DNA of 64,000 bases from the human T2T-CHM13v2.0 reference genome, Homo sapiens: NCBI RefSeq assembly GCF_009914755.1, contig NC_060932.1; one strand, written 5' to 3'. Of this stretch, positions 13,277-28,155 are shown piece after piece. How positions within the stretch are numbered: the stretch's first letter is position 1; the number at the start of each line of letters is the position of its first letter. The position numbers and the translations under genes are program-made. The notes beneath the pieces were generated by a model that did not search any database, had not been told where the DNA came from, and was given only the letters and a program-made list of their open reading frames with translations.

Positions 13277-14012
13277 ATTGTCATCATTTTTTCAAGCTCA
13301 TTTTTCTCCTGTATCTTTGCTGACTGAGTTTCTGTATCTAGAGTGTCTTCTTTGAAAAAAGGATTTGAATTTGCTTCTGTCTGGTCCCTGAGGACACCAT
13401 CAATCCAAGGCCACTTTGGAACTAAGCATTCAATTTAAGATTATTTTATTTTGGTGTTGTGGGAGTAATTGAATTATGTGAATTTTATCACCAAAAGTAG
13501 GTGCAGGTGGGTTTGTGGTTAGAATTCCTATGAGACACATTTTTTTTTTCTTCCCTTCACCACCTTCCCCCAAAATCAAGATTGAGAGCTAATCCTCTTT
13601 CTGTCTCCCTCTGCTGGAAGGGTTTTTGTTGTTTTCCCTTGTGAAATTGTTGAAGTGTTTCTTTGTTTTGCTTGGTAGGATGGAATGCAGAAAATCAGCT
13701 TTACATAGGGCTCTGTAACCCAGTTTTCCTCCTTGTTCATGGCCTGGTTTTGTATCCTGCATCTTCCTCGTGCAGTCCGTTAAGATCACACCCCAGCTGT
13801 CTATATTAGCAAATGCTTCAGAGTGAATATTGGCTTCATAGTGCATTTCGCTTTCTATATTTCCACTTCTTTTTTTTTTCAGAATTTCTGTCCTTCGATG
13901 CTTTTCTTTACTTAAGTAACTGTTCATTCATGTATTATAAAATATGCTATTCATATTTATCCAGTCTTTTATATGTTTGCTCCCAAGAAGTTTCTTGTAG
14001 ACATCTAATTCC

Positions 14013-14905
14013 TTATTTATAAATAGACTATTTTTTAGGGCAGTTTGAGGTTCACAGCAAAAGTGAACAGAAGGTACAGAGATTTCCAACTTGACCCTGG
14101 CACTCACACATGCACAAATTTCCTCATGTTTAACATCCCCCACCAGAGTGGTATATCTGCTACAATTGATCAGCCTACATTGACACATCATTATCACACA
14201 AAGTCCATAGTTTACTTAGGGTTCACTTTTGGTGTTGTAAATTCTATGAGTTTCAACAAATGTATAAAGAAATGTATTCACCATTATAATATCATACAGG
14301 GTAGTTTCACGGTCCTAAAACTCCTCTGTACTCCACCTATTCATCTCTCCTGACCCTCCCACCTTTGGCAACCATTGGTAGTCTTTTTACTGTCTCCAGA
14401 GTTTTGCATTTTTTCAAAACATCTTATAGTTGGAATTATACAGTTTGCAGCCTATTCTGATTGGCTTCTTTCACTTAATAATATGCATTTAAGTTTCCTC
14501 CACATCTTTTTATGACTTAATAGCTCATTTTTTCTAGTGCTGAATAATGTACCACTAACTTTATATACCAAATTTTATTTATCCATTTACCCATTGAAGG
14601 AGATCTTGCTTGCTTTCAAGTTTTTGCAATTATGAATAAAGTTGCTATCAACATCCATGGGTAGGTTTTTGTGTGGATATAAGTTTTCAACTGATTTGGG
14701 TAAATACCAATGAGCAAGATTGCTGGATGTTATGGTAAGAGGATGTTTAGTTTTGTAAGAAACTGTTAAACTGTCTTCAAACTGGCTGTACCATTTTGCA
14801 TTCCAACCTACAATGAATGAGAATTCCTGTTCTCTACATCCTTGTCAGCATTCAGTGATGTTAGTGTCCTAAACATTGGCCAATCTAGTAAGTACATAGT
14901 GTAAT
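14013..14905 (-). mobile_element. L1MC1/L1MC2-like 3' end
   Basis: GCAGTTTGAGGTTCACAGCAAAA...CCCCACCAGAGTGGTA...TAAATACCAATGAGCAAGATTGCTGGAT. Confidence 0.9.
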
Positions 14906-17005
14906 GCCTTATATTTTCAGAAATGGAATTCTCTCTCCCAGTTGTCATGAATAATAATAAACAGATATTTATGGTGGAGAGGAAGGAGGTTGCCTTAGTA
15001 GTAGTGTTTCAGTTTCAACTAAGTCACCCAAGCCATATTGCTACCCCCACACAAACTCATATTTGTAGCCTTATCCTTGGAAACTATGAAGTAGATTAGT
15101 AAAATGATGACTTTACCTGGTGTTCTTGTGAGTGGAGTGCCCTGAAAGCGGAAAGCACTCAAGAAATGTTGAAGGCTGACTGTGATGATGATTGCATCAT
15201 TGGACTGAATAAGGTGATGATGAATTTGGTGATGGTGAATAAAGTGAATAAGATGATGATGATACATTTGGCAAATGTAACAAATGGTGAAAATGCAAAT
15301 GTCTGTGGCTATGGAGATGGTTCAAGATTACTTGTACCGGAGGACATATGGAAAAAATCCACAGGGAGCAGTACCACTTAGCATCATCTTCTTCAAGAAA
15401 TTTTAAACCTAATGGGAGAGATAAAATAATTTAAAATGCATTGTAAATGTTATTTATTATCTACTTTGCTCCAAAATGTATTTTAGTTGAGATGCTTTTC
15501 TATTACCTATATATATGTGGCCTTGCTAAATGGGTTCATATATTAGCCTTGGGACTAGAAGGCCAATCCTAAAAGCAAACTTCTCAATTTTTCTTAACTC
15601 ACAGGGGACATTTGCTGCTGTTAGCTAATCAGCCCCAAACACAATCGGTTTCCTTCACAAAAGTGGCAGCCTCTCCCTGTTCTAACAATGTCCACTTTCA
15701 GGAAGTCTCTTCTTATATTCCCAACCTTACTTACCGAGTGATTATCATAAAAGATTCAGCCTCATTAAGCTGACATAAAAGATTCTGGTTAGTTTAAGGA
15801 AATAGCCCCTTTAGAAGATGCTCCCACATGGGAATCGTGCTGAGCCCCTGCCCATCAGAGCCACATTCTTGCTTTCTTTTGTTCACAGAATATGCAGAGG
15901 ACATACCCACATGTAATGAGCAGATCTAATCTTAAGAAGTGTGCTCACAAGCTTGCATACTAACAATAAGATTTATAAGCAGGTGGAGAGCTTGCAGGTA
16001 GTCTCTTCTTTTCCAAGGTAGTTTTGAAAATTAGCAAATTAAATCACAACGTTTACACTGTACAGAAGTACCTAGTTTGATGCATTGTTCTTTTTCCCCT
16101 TATGCAGAAGAATATTTTAATAGCTAGAAAAGGACAAAGCCTGCTATTTCCTGGCTATGGGCAGCATGCCAGCTCTTCCATCTAAAGTGATCAAAGACTG
16201 TAAACACCATGTGATAGAGCAAGAGATCGTTTTTAAATAGTAGGGCTTTATTGCAGTTTTATGAAGCAGTAAACTCTGCAGGCATCACAGGTGAGATTTG
16301 GGGAGTACTTGGGTCATTTTTATCTTTCAGGCTCTAAGTTATAGGATCAAAAGGAAGTAACTTCATAAACATTTCAATCTCCTTTCCTTGAGCACACCAG
16401 TATCGTGAGGGGATTTAGCTCACCTAATGGTGACACTTTCACTATGAACACTTTGTACTCATCATCCAGGTGAGAAAGGTCTCCGTTATTACAACATCTG
16501 GCCATTTGGAGGTTAAAGTAACATGTACATTATCGCCAAAGACATAGTTTATATGAGCTGCAAGGAGGATATTATGTAACCAATGTTCTCTAATAAGGGG
16601 AGATAGATGCAAACCATGAAAATAATTCTTATCACATATGCACTTTTCATATTGTGTTTATGAAACTCAAAAGGTTTTAACTGACCATGCTTGCTCTTCA
16701 GTCAATTAGCTCAATTTAATACTAAATTGTCATTTCCTTTTAAATATTTTTTAAATGCTCCAATTCAAGCTTACATATGTTCTCAAAACTACTCAGAAAA
16801 TTTTCCTAGGATGATAAAAGTTTAGTTAATTTGTAGTAAGAATAGGTATAAAAATTATAATATAGTAAAGAACTGAGGGGTCTCTCCAACTCATAATTTG
16901 ATAGTTCTCCCTATTCCTTTTAGTTAATAAATTTGATACCTTCATTCCCAATTTTTCTTAGATCTTATTGCCTATTATTTGTACCAATAGACACATGAAA
17001 CATAT

Positions 17006-17386
17006 TGTCTTAGTCAGTTTGGATTGCTATAACAAGTATACCATAGACTGGGTGGCTTGTAAAACAAACATTTTTTTTCTGACAGCTTGTAGATTGGGAA
17101 ATCCAAGCTCAAGATGCAAGCAATCTGGTGTCTGATTAGGACCCTCTTCTTGATTTGTGGGTGACCATCTTCTTCTCGTATTCCCATATGGTGGAGAGCA
17201 AATAAAGAGTAAGCAAGTTTCTTTTGTCTCTTCATACAAAGGCACAAATCTCATTTATTCATAAGGGTTTTACCTTCACAGTCTAATTACCTACAGAAGA
17301 CCCCACCTCCAAACACCATCACGTTGGAAATTAGCCTTCAACATATATATTTTTGTGTGTGGAACACAAACATTCAGTCTATAGCA
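17006..17386 (-). mobile_element. MaLR LTR MLT1A-like solo LTR
   Basis: TGTCTTAGTCAGTTTGG...CCATAGACTGGGTGGCTT...CATTCAGTCTATAGCA; 5-bp TSD CATAT/CGTAT. Confidence 0.9.
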
Positions 17387-18944
17387 CGTATTACCTCCCA
17401 TTAATGTATTTTCAATACTGTCCTTACTAAAAGAGCTAAAGTGAATAAATGCTCTTAATTATGTTCTCCAAAGCTCAGAAGAGTTGTGGGGAATAAAATG
17501 TGGTCTTAAATTTCATGTCTTCATTTCCTGCAATTCCTAATCAGTTCCTGAGGAGCAAGTCTTTGGGATTGTATGTACTTTCCACATTCATATTCTTCAT
17601 TCCTCATCTGCAACCTGCATGTAGTTACTGTTTTGATCATTTCCTTCTTGTCAATATCTCTACTAGCCCTGTTCAATATGCATTTATTTCTTACATTTGT
17701 CACAATTTAACATTTTTAAACTATTCCTAATTATTTCCTCTACCGTCTTCCTTAGATACTATTCAATTTCCTCTGTCCCCTCAAAATGATAAGACACTTC
17801 CGCCCTTTCTATATAGAAACCAGAAAATAAGGCAGCCTGTTCACCAGATTTCTCAATATCCTCTGCCTTCTCCAAATCCTTGTTTTATCCACTTTATTTA
17901 ACAAAAGTACATAGTCTAAATTCAGATCCCATATTACTTCAAACTGCTTTACTTTCAGAACTTTTTCTCTCTGTCTATCTAGAACAAAAGTCAATAGCCC
18001 ATTTTCTCTTATTCTACTGCCTGAGAGAATAAAATATGTTTATTGATACAACTTCAATTAAATACTGGGTAAGTCACGCACCAGGACCACTAATGCTAAA
18101 CATCAGTCTAGATGTTTTATTCTTCTCGACTTAATGCACCCATTGTCCAAGGTGACTATTTAGTGCCTCTTCCCTTTCTCAAAGCCTTCCCCCAACCCCT
18201 TACTCTTAGCAATTTACTTCAACTTGGTCTCCCTCAATTTTCTTCTCCTGCAGTACTATTTGAGTCTTGAACTCATTCTTTTCTATTTTTTTTCTAAACT
18301 TGAGAAAGAATTTCCACACTCTTTCTCAAGCTAAATGTTTAATTGGTGGGCTTATCAATTATTCTTTTTATTAAATCATCAGTTGTAAAACTGTAAACCT
18401 GATGACCCTTTATTATTTATAAACATACACAAGAGTTTTTTTGTTTAAATAAATAACATTCTTGAGTCTCTGTTTCCATCAAGCTAACTTTTCATTTTAT
18501 ATTCCCTTCACTTATAAGCTCCCAAACTACCTCAGAAAAATGCTGCATCATTCTCACACCATCAAGTTTACGTGGCTATATACCAATCCACTCTCCCTTT
18601 TCTCCTGTATGAAAAGAAAGGGGCCCATGTTCCTATCTCATGTGACTCTACGTTTTCTTTGGCTCTCATACTCTCCTACATAAGACAAACAATACAAAAA
18701 AAATTACCTGTTTCTGCTTCATTAACAGTTTTCCTCTTTACTGTATTATTCTCCAAAGCACAACATTATAAAAATATAGTCTGGATTAAGAAAACAATAT
18801 CCTCCCTTTCCTCACATACCTGTCCAGCTACCATTCAATGTCTTTATTCCTTTACCCAGTGAAATGAGGAAGAATTGTCTAATTTTGTGTCATGATTTGC
18901 TTACCACTGACCATTCTGTAATCAGGCTTCTCTGTCCCTACCAC

Positions 18945-19640
18945 CTTTACGAGTCTGCTCAGGCTTCCAGAACAAAATACTACAGATGAGGTGGCTTAAA
19001 CAGTAGACATCTATCTATTTTCTCACAGTTCTGGAGGCTGGAAGTTCATGATCAAGTTGCTGGCTGGCACATTTGGTTTCTAGTAAGGACTCTCTTCCTA
19101 GATTGTAGACAGCCACCTTCTTGCTATGTCTTCACATGGCCTTTTCTATCTGTGTGTAGAAAGAGAGAGAGAGAGAGAGCTCTTCCTTTTCTTATAAGGA
19201 CACCATTCTATCAGATACGGCCTGATATGGTTTGTCTGTGTCACCAGTGAAATCTCACCTTGAATTGTAATAATCCCCATGTAATCAAGGGCAGGCCAGG
19301 TGGAGATAATTGACGTGGGGGTGGTTTCCTCCATACTGTTCTTCCAGTAGTAAGCAAATCTCATGAGATCTCATGGTTTTATAAACAGGAGTTCCCCTGC
19401 ACAAGTTCTCTCACCTGATGCCATGTAAGACGTGATTTTGCTCCTCCTTTGCCTTCTGCCCATGGCTTGTGAGGCCTCCCCAGCCATGTAGGATTGTGAG
19501 TCCATTAAACCTCTTTCCTTTCTAAATTAGGAAAAGAAAAAGGAAAGGAAATCCCTTTCACAATGCCAACAGTCACAGTTGGCGTTGAAGTTCAGTCTGT
19601 GAATTTGGGGTGTCACAGTGCACAGTTCTGTCCAAAACTC
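18945..19640 (-). mobile_element. MaLR LTR MLT1A/B-like, interrupted by THE1
   Basis: TCTCACAGTTCTGGAGGCTGGAAGT...CTTATAAGGACACC, resuming with CAGTCACAGTTGG...GAATTTGGGG. Confidence 0.8.
19223..19529 (+). mobile_element. THE1 (C/D-like) LTR, 3'-truncated
   Basis: TGATATGGTTTGTCTGTG...CTTGAATTGTAATAATCCCC...GAGGCCTCCCCAGCCATG...CCATTAAACCTCTTTCC. Confidence 0.9.
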
Positions 19641-19974
19641 TACCTCACTGAAACAGCTCTTCTAACCACCTTCCATTTTTATATCCTAGTGTTTTTTTTT
19701 TCTGTATTTGTCTTATTCCACCTGTTTATGTCACTTAACACAGTTGACCACTCTGTCCATCCTGAAGCACTTTATTGTCTTGTATTTTATTAAGATGTTT
19801 TATTTCTTAAGATTCAAGCTGTGTCCTTGCCATTATAGAAAATCAGCTTTAATCAAAGTCACTTGTAAATTACTTAGCAAAACTTTTGCATCATTTTCAT
19901 GCTTGATCCACTTAATCTCTAGACATTTGACACTCCAGACTAGATGCTGATGCAGAGTGACCTATGGCCCCTAG

Positions 19975-20300
<326 letters not shown>

Positions 20301-20759
20301 CAGGAAAAATATTTAAAACTTATATTTATATGTATTTTTATCTTAAAAATATTAGGCATTACAAAAGTTAATTATATGGCAGCCTCATCAGTTTCATTGG
20401 TCATCTAAGATTTGAGATTGAGCTGAGAGAAGAATGGGAGCTCCTCCATGAAGATGGTTGTCAGTGGTGGCCTCCCTTATTCAGTTATTTTCAGTATCTT
20501 GAGAAATAGTTTAATAAACATGCTCACCTAAGTGGATTTAAGCAATATATAAAAATTACATATTAAAATACTGACAATGATTTACAGTAAGGTAAGGAAT
20601 ATTTTGTATCATACAGAGTTTGCTTATTTTATGGCAAAGAGCTTCAAAATTTATTTTACTAAACCTTAAATGTAAAAGAAAAAAATACTAAAAATTGGTG
20701 TGTCATGCCACCCAGCAGATATTAACAGACATGCACACACACACACTGAGTAAAAATAA

Positions 20760-21118
<359 letters not shown>

Positions 21119-22056
21119 GAGAGTGTTTTCTTAATTAAATGACTTATTTACTGAAAAAAATGGAAATGTTTTATGTTTAAAACTTCTATATCAGAGGTCT
21201 TAAAAATAACTTGGAAACAAAATGTTGTAATATAGTTTACAAAACTTCTTAATTAAAAGTTCAGCATGCTTAGAATCATGATTTGCAATTTGAATTGGAA
21301 AATACGTGTCATGATTTACTAAGTACAACCGATAATTCAGTTTTTAAATATGGTCTCATATGTCCTTGTAACTTTACTTCTTCATGGCAGCCATTTAGAC
21401 TAAAAATCATTTAACATAATCCTTATCAAAATCCTAGCTGATATTTTCATGTGAAATTACCAAGCTGTTGCTCAAATTCATCTGAGAATTGAAAGGACCC
21501 AGAATATACATATAAAAAAAAGCCTTGTAAAAGAACAAAATTGGAAGACTCACACTTCCTTATTTCAAAATGTACCACAAAGATCCAGCAATCCAGACAG
21601 CATAAGGACGGCCATACAGATCAATAGAACAGAATTGGGAGTCCAGAAATTAGCTCTTACAATTATGTTCAACTGATTTTCAACAAAGGTGCCAAGATTA
21701 TTGAATGGGGGAAAGAATGATGTTTTGAACAAATAGTTCTGGGATAGCTTGATATCCACATGCAAAGATTAAACTTGAATTGCTGCCATTGAACATACAC
21801 AAACATTAACTTAGAAAGAATCATAGACCTAAATGTAAGAGGAAAACTGCAAAAATCTTAGAGGAAACATGGGTAAATCTCTGTCACTTTAGGTTAGGTA
21901 ATTGTTTCTTAAATACAAAACCAAAAGCACTAGTGATACATAAAAATATTAATTTCATTAAAAGTGAAAAGTTTTGAACTACAAATAAGACTATCAGGGA
22001 AGTACAAGGACAAATCCCAGAATGGGAGAAAATGTTTGCAAAAATATACTCAATAG

Positions 22057-22380
<324 letters not shown>

Positions 22381-22768
22381 TATATATCCAATAAAGTATT
22401 TGTATCAAAAATATACAAAGAATTCTTACAACAAAAGACAACTCAATTAAAAATGGGCAAATAATTTAAATAAATACTTCCGTAAGGAAAAATATACAAA
22501 TTTCCAGTAAGTACATGAAAAGATGCTCAGCATTGTTAGTCATTAGGGAAATAAAAATCACAAGCACAATGAAATAACACTTTACATCCACTAAGAGACT
22601 GTAATGAAAAAGGTAATAACAAATGTTGGCAAGGGGATAAAAAAGTTGGGAATCTCATGCACTACTGATGTTTATGTAAAATGGTGCAGCTGCTTTGTAA
22701 AATGCTACAGCAGTTCCTTCAAAATGTTGAAAATAGAGTTACCATAAGATCCAGAAATTCTCTGCTAG

Positions 22769-22770
<2 letters not shown>

Positions 22771-22803
<33 letters not shown>
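22771..22803. repeat. (AC)16 microsatellite
   Basis: Direct read. Confidence 0.97.
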
Positions 22804-22807
<4 letters not shown>

Positions 22808-23894
22808 AGTAAAAAACACATGTCCATACAAAAACTTACACATAAGTGTTTATAACAGCATTATTCGTAATCACTAGTAAGCAGGCACAGATCAAAAGTC
22901 CATAAACAGATTAATTAATAAATAAAAGACAGTCTAAGCATCTAATAGGATGTTATTGCACAATAAAAAGGCATAAACTACTGATATGTGCTATAATGCA
23001 GTTAAACCTTAAAAGCACATTAAGGACATCAGTAAGACCACATATGGCAGGATCTCATTTATAGTAAACATCTTGAACAGGCAAATCTATAGAGACAAAA
23101 GTTACATTAGTGTTTGCCTAGAGGGTGTGGGTAAAACAACCGGGGTTTCTTTTAAGGAAGACAGAAATATTCTAAAATTAAATTATTGTGGTGATGGTCG
23201 TACAACCCACAAATATACTAAATAAGATTGAATTTTTCTCCTTAACATGATTTGTAGAGTTTATGAATCACATCTCAATGAAGTTGTTTAAAAACCAATC
23301 TTGAATCAACTTTAAAATTAGATATTTGAATACATCACGTTGTAGTTAAGCATTTTCATATTATAAAAATATGAATATATATTTTCAGTAATATAAAAAC
23401 ATAAAATTGAAACAACATAAATACTATAAAATTGAAAGCTAAATGGTATTTATTTCATGTTTATCTCACCATTTTTAAAGCTCTATTAAATTGTAAAATT
23501 GTATAAGGTACACAGTAGGTAAAACATTAGGAGATGTGTTCACAATTTTTTTTTCTGAATTAAAAAGAACTATAGAACAATATTCGAGATGATTCTCTCT
23601 TTCTGACTGTCTCATGCTCTCAATTGTTAGAAAAGAAATCTCCATGCTCCTGATTAATGTCCCCATGTGGAGTGAATTCCACATAAGTAACATACCTGCC
23701 CTGTTGGCAGACCTTACCCCTCTGTCTTTCACCAGAAAAGAGAGAATTCCTTTTGGGGGCAATTTTAGATGACTGACAGGTATGACTAAGCTTCTTCTGG
23801 GTATCTTTTGTGAATTTTATTACCTATGGAGAAAGAGTGAATTCTGGTTTGTTCTCTCCCTCATGAGATGGGACTCAGTTAAAAATTGCAAGAT

Positions 23895-24097
23895 TGAGGC
23901 TAGGAGCTGGGCAACATATTGAGACCCTGCCTCTAAAACAAAAATTTAAAAAATCAACTGAGCATAGTGGCATGTGCCTATAGTCCTAGCTACTCAAAAG
24001 GATTGAGCCTAGAAGTTTGAGGCTGCAGCCAGTGAGCTACGGTCCCACAACTGCACTCCAGCCTGGAGACCGAGCAAGATCCTCTCTCTAAAAAAAT
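23895..24097 (+). mobile_element. Truncated, internally deleted AluJ
   Basis: CTGGGCAACATATTGAGACCCTGCCTCT...GTTTGAGGCTGCAG...CTGCACTCCAGCCTGG. Confidence 0.85.
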
Positions 24098-24849
24098 AGG
24101 AGATTAAGTTTATGAAATATTAGGAGGTATATTGAGGTGAAATACTAGAAAGTATGTTGTGACCATTCATAAAAAACATATTTTCCAATCAGTTTAATCT
24201 ATTCTAAGACTGTTTTTAACTGTTGCACCCATATTTTAATTACTCCAAACACTGGTGGGGAATAAGGGCATTACATTCCCTCGAAGTCCGGTAGCATTCA
24301 ACAAATGGTTTGGTTTAAGTACAGTAAAAGCATCATCTTTCCAACAAAAACATAGAATAGTCCATTTGGGGATAGGATTGTCATTGCAGAGTGGTAGGAT
24401 AAGGTAGCCCTAATTGTTGGCAGAAGTATAAAAGAGAAGCTGCAGGTATGACTAGGTGTGAGTTATGGAACCAACCACGCACAAAGAGAAGAGATATATC
24501 CACCAAGAAGGACAGCCACGGGTTTGAGTTGGGAAATATGACACTGAGCAATATCTCTGCCTCTTTCTGCAACATGTGGGAAACACTTTCCTTAGTAGAT
24601 ATATTTGCTGTGAGATAAAAAAAAAATCCTTCCTTGGCAGGTTGACTCTCTGAGCAGCAATTTTACCTAGGATTGATTAAACACGGCACAAGTGTTCCTT
24701 GCATAGCATCTACAGTGACAGACACCATGTCAAATTTGATATAGAGGAGGAGAACCTCAAAGAAACCCAAAAATTGTGAATTTCTTGGACACATGAAATA
24801 GCAGCAATTTGGGAGACACCTGCGGAAATTATCTTGTAGAGTATGAGTT

Positions 24850-25398
24850 GGGGAATGACTATGAGGAGCTACTACAGAGTAGGGAAAGAACCACACGAAA
24901 AAAATTAGAAGGAACAATCTTCAGGGCTCATACAGGAACAGAATACAGAATAGTCTCCGTTCCCACCAACCAGATCTTAAAAACACATAACTCACAGGCA
25001 TGCAGTAAGAGTATTCAGAGGGCTCTTGCCTCAGTAAGGAGGAATTTTCAGCCCTAGACAAAATTGTTTTTTGATTCTACCTTACAAAGTTTAAAACCAA
25101 GATGTAAAAGGATCAAACTACAAAGTCTCAAAGAAAAAATATGCTGGATATAATTAATGACAGATTAGACATTTGCAGACCAAAATATTAGTGAACTTGA
25201 AGACATAAGAATAGAAATGATCACAAGTAAAATGCAAAAGGAATTTTAGTTCTAAAGATGAAACCTAAAAGTATAAACTTTCTAGAAGAAAACAAAGGAA
25301 TAAATATTTGTGAATTTGGATTAAGCAAAATTTTTTTAGGTACAACACCAACAGCAAAAGCATGCTGTATGAAAGAAAACCTTGATACATATATGAAG

Positions 25399-25430
<32 letters not shown>

Positions 25431-25555
25431 CATGTAATAAATGTATATATATACATAACATACACACTTATATTAACATACATCAAATCGTGTACTTTAA
25501 ATATGTATTATTTACTTCCGTCAATTATACCTCATGAAAGCTGTTTTTAAAAATT
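24850..25555 (+). mobile_element. Old L1M remnant made of 5', ORF1, ORF2 and 3' pieces
   Basis: CAGATTAGAC...AGTGAACTTGAAGAC (ORF1-like), TTCTAGAAGAAAACAAAGG (ORF2-like), CAATTATACCTCATGAAAGCTG (3' end-like). Confidence 0.7.
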
Positions 25556-25667
25556 GCCACGATGGTGACACTGACAAAAGATTCAGTGCTTTTGTGAAGA
25601 TTAAAGACTAATTAGAGTAAGTTCAAAATAGAAGGAGAGGAGAGAAACTAAAGACAATGAATATAGC

Positions 25668-26057
25668 TGTAGATAGTTAATCAATATCTGATTCTCTACC
25701 CTTCTGGGCACAAAGGAAAATTGCAATTTCTTGTCCCCTCGGACTTAGGCATAGCCTCGTAGCTTGTTTTGGCCCATGAGCTACTGTCAAAGTAACAGGC
25801 ATCACTAAATGCTGATTCTTGAACTTCAGCCTATTCCTCTCCTTCCTAGATCAAAGTGGAAGCATAAGTTTATATAAAGGTATAATAGATCAAAATATTT
25901 TTGCTTGTTTCATCAACATTGGGAGCTGCATTTTGTTGTTTCCTGGACCTACAGCAAATTTTAGGTGAATTAAAAGTAAATTACTGTTGTGCTAAGCCAC
26001 AGATACTTGGAAGTTGCTTTTTGCCCTGGCATAACTTGGTTTATCTCTACTGCTATA
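25668..26057 (+). mobile_element. Old MaLR LTR (MLT1J-like) inserted in an L2
   Basis: Ends with TGTTGTGCTAAGCCACAGATACTTGGAAGTTGC...GCATAAC; antisense L2 text on both sides. Confidence 0.6.
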
Positions 26058-26459
26058 AATGTGCTTTCAGAAAGTTTTGCTATAAAGGGCAGTAGAAAGA
26101 TGAGGCAATAATAAGAAGAGGATGTATAATCAAGGATGGTTATTTTTATAAGATAGGAGTTGCTAAAACATTTTGCATAAAAGTTACTAAGTAAAAGACT
26201 TAACATTTATTAGAGCTGTTACTATTTCCCACAGCAATTATTCAGAAAAGAAACCCTTTCCTTTAGGAAGGTGACCTTTAGCTTCCACTTGCCCCCTCAG
26301 CCAGGCACTATTGTACAAAAAACAAATTATATGGTTATCATGGTGACCCTATATCCAAGTCTTAAGGAAAAAAGAATAGTTCATATTGAAATAGAATGGG
26401 CAATACAATGCATTGGTACAGTTACAGAGAGGTTGGCAGATTTATTGGTGGGAGAGTTA

Positions 26460-27720
26460 ATTATTTCATTCTATAAATGTGTACTGATTTTTTTGGCACA
26501 TTTCAGGCACTATTCCAAGAGCTTGGGGTGCAGAAGTGAATAAGACATAGAAACAGCCTCGCCTTTATAGGGCTTGCATTCTAGTGGGGTGGAGGGGAGG
26601 ACAGGGAAAGCCAACACAAAATAAATCAAATCTAATCAAAATGGATAAAAATTTAAAATTAACAAAATAAATACATAAAAATAAATAAGAAAACAGAATT
26701 ACATTATGTGGTATATTAGAACTTATAAGTAGTATGGAAAGAAGAGAAAAATAAAAGGTGTCGGGAAGAGGTATGGAATATGAACTTTTTCTTCTGGATG
26801 TGTATTTCCTCAGTGAAATAGAAAGTGTCAGCAACAGCAGAGGATAAGAAGATGTATTAAAATTTGAGATGAGGCAGAAGACATGAAATAGCAATCTGGG
26901 AGTGTTGGCAAGTGACTTGATTAGGGGAATGTGGTAGAATTGTTGGGCAGCACTGACTGAAGGACCACTTGAGATTCAATGTAATAAAATTGAAATAAAT
27001 CTAATCCACATGATACATGTTTTTCTCCAAGCATCTTCAGCTGAATAGGTACAAACAGTGAATATGTGGATAATGGATTAGATTTGAGCGTATTTGGGGT
27101 CAGTTAATTCCTAATAATTCAGGCTATAAATCTCAAGAGCGTTTGACCCCAGCTTTTAAATCTTCTTTTTATATTCAATCAATTCCTTAGTTATTCAATT
27201 ATTCATTCATACCTTCAACTAATATATATTGATTGTCTATATTGTTCATGGCACTGTGGCAAATATGAAAGTATCTCTTGCCCTCAGGAAATATCATATG
27301 ATATAACATAATATAACACAATACAATACCACAGCAAAACATAACAAAACAGAACATGTAATATTGTTGGAGAAACCGTCTGTGCACCATGCAGGTTAAG
27401 TACTATAATAAAGGAACATATCATAGTAGTGCAAAAGAGAGTTGGTCGGTTGAGTGTGTGGTAGAAGAAAATTTGCCAAGAAGAGATGTTTAAGATATAT
27501 CGTATAGGAATTTAATGGATTAGCTCAAAGGCGGCATTATAGGCAGAGTAAATAGCATGTGAAAACAATTATGAAGTGGGAGAGAATAGTATGTTTAGTT
27601 AAACTGTGTTGATAGTTGAATTTTAAAAGATTAAAGTTTCTGGGTGTGAAGTGGTATCTAATGAGGAAATGAGAAAGGAGAGATAAGCAGGGATCAAATC
27701 ATGAAGAAACACATCCCATG
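26460..27720 (-). mobile_element. L2 fragments (two 3' ends)
   Basis: CAGGCACTATTCCAAGAGCTTGGGG...GGGCTTGCATTCTAGTGGGG; ATTCATTCAT...TTGCCCTCAGG. Confidence 0.65.
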
Positions 27721-27739
27721 TTAAGAATTGTAAAGTTCC

Positions 27740-28155
27740 CAACCGAAGCACCCATCAACATGTGAGTGGATAAAGAGAATGTGATCTATATACACCATGG
27801 AATACTACTCAGCCATAAAAAAGAATTGAAATGATGTCTTTTCAGCAACTTGGAGCTGGAGGCCATTATTCTAAGTGAAGTAACTCAAGAATGGAAAATC
27901 AAATATTGTTATCTTCTCACTTATAAATGGGAGCTAAGCTTCGAGGATGCAAAGGCATAAGAATGATGTAATGGACTTTAGGGTCTCAGAGTGGAAGAAG
28001 ACAGGAAGGAGGTGAGGGATAAAAGGCACACATAAAAGTGTGCACTACTTGGGTGATGGGGGCACCAAAATCTCAGAAATTACCACTAAAGAAGTCTCCA
28101 TCCATGTAACCAAAAATTACATGTATCCCAATAACTACTGAAATTAAAATAAAAT
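27740..28155 (+). mobile_element. L1PB1/PB2-like 3' end
   Basis: GGGAGCTAAGCTTCGAGGATGCAAAGGCATAAGAATGAT...CACCAAAATCTCAGAAATTACCACTAAAG. Confidence 0.92.

Noticed and set aside
15019-15381. His-rich and Asp/Met-rich ORFs
   Set aside because: Products of a degenerate (GAT/TGA)n low-complexity tract next to a probable MIR remnant.
15590-16020. Possible splice acceptors (TTAACTCACAG, TTTTGTTCACAG)
   Set aside because: No strong matching donor or reading frame; cannot be supported without RNA data.
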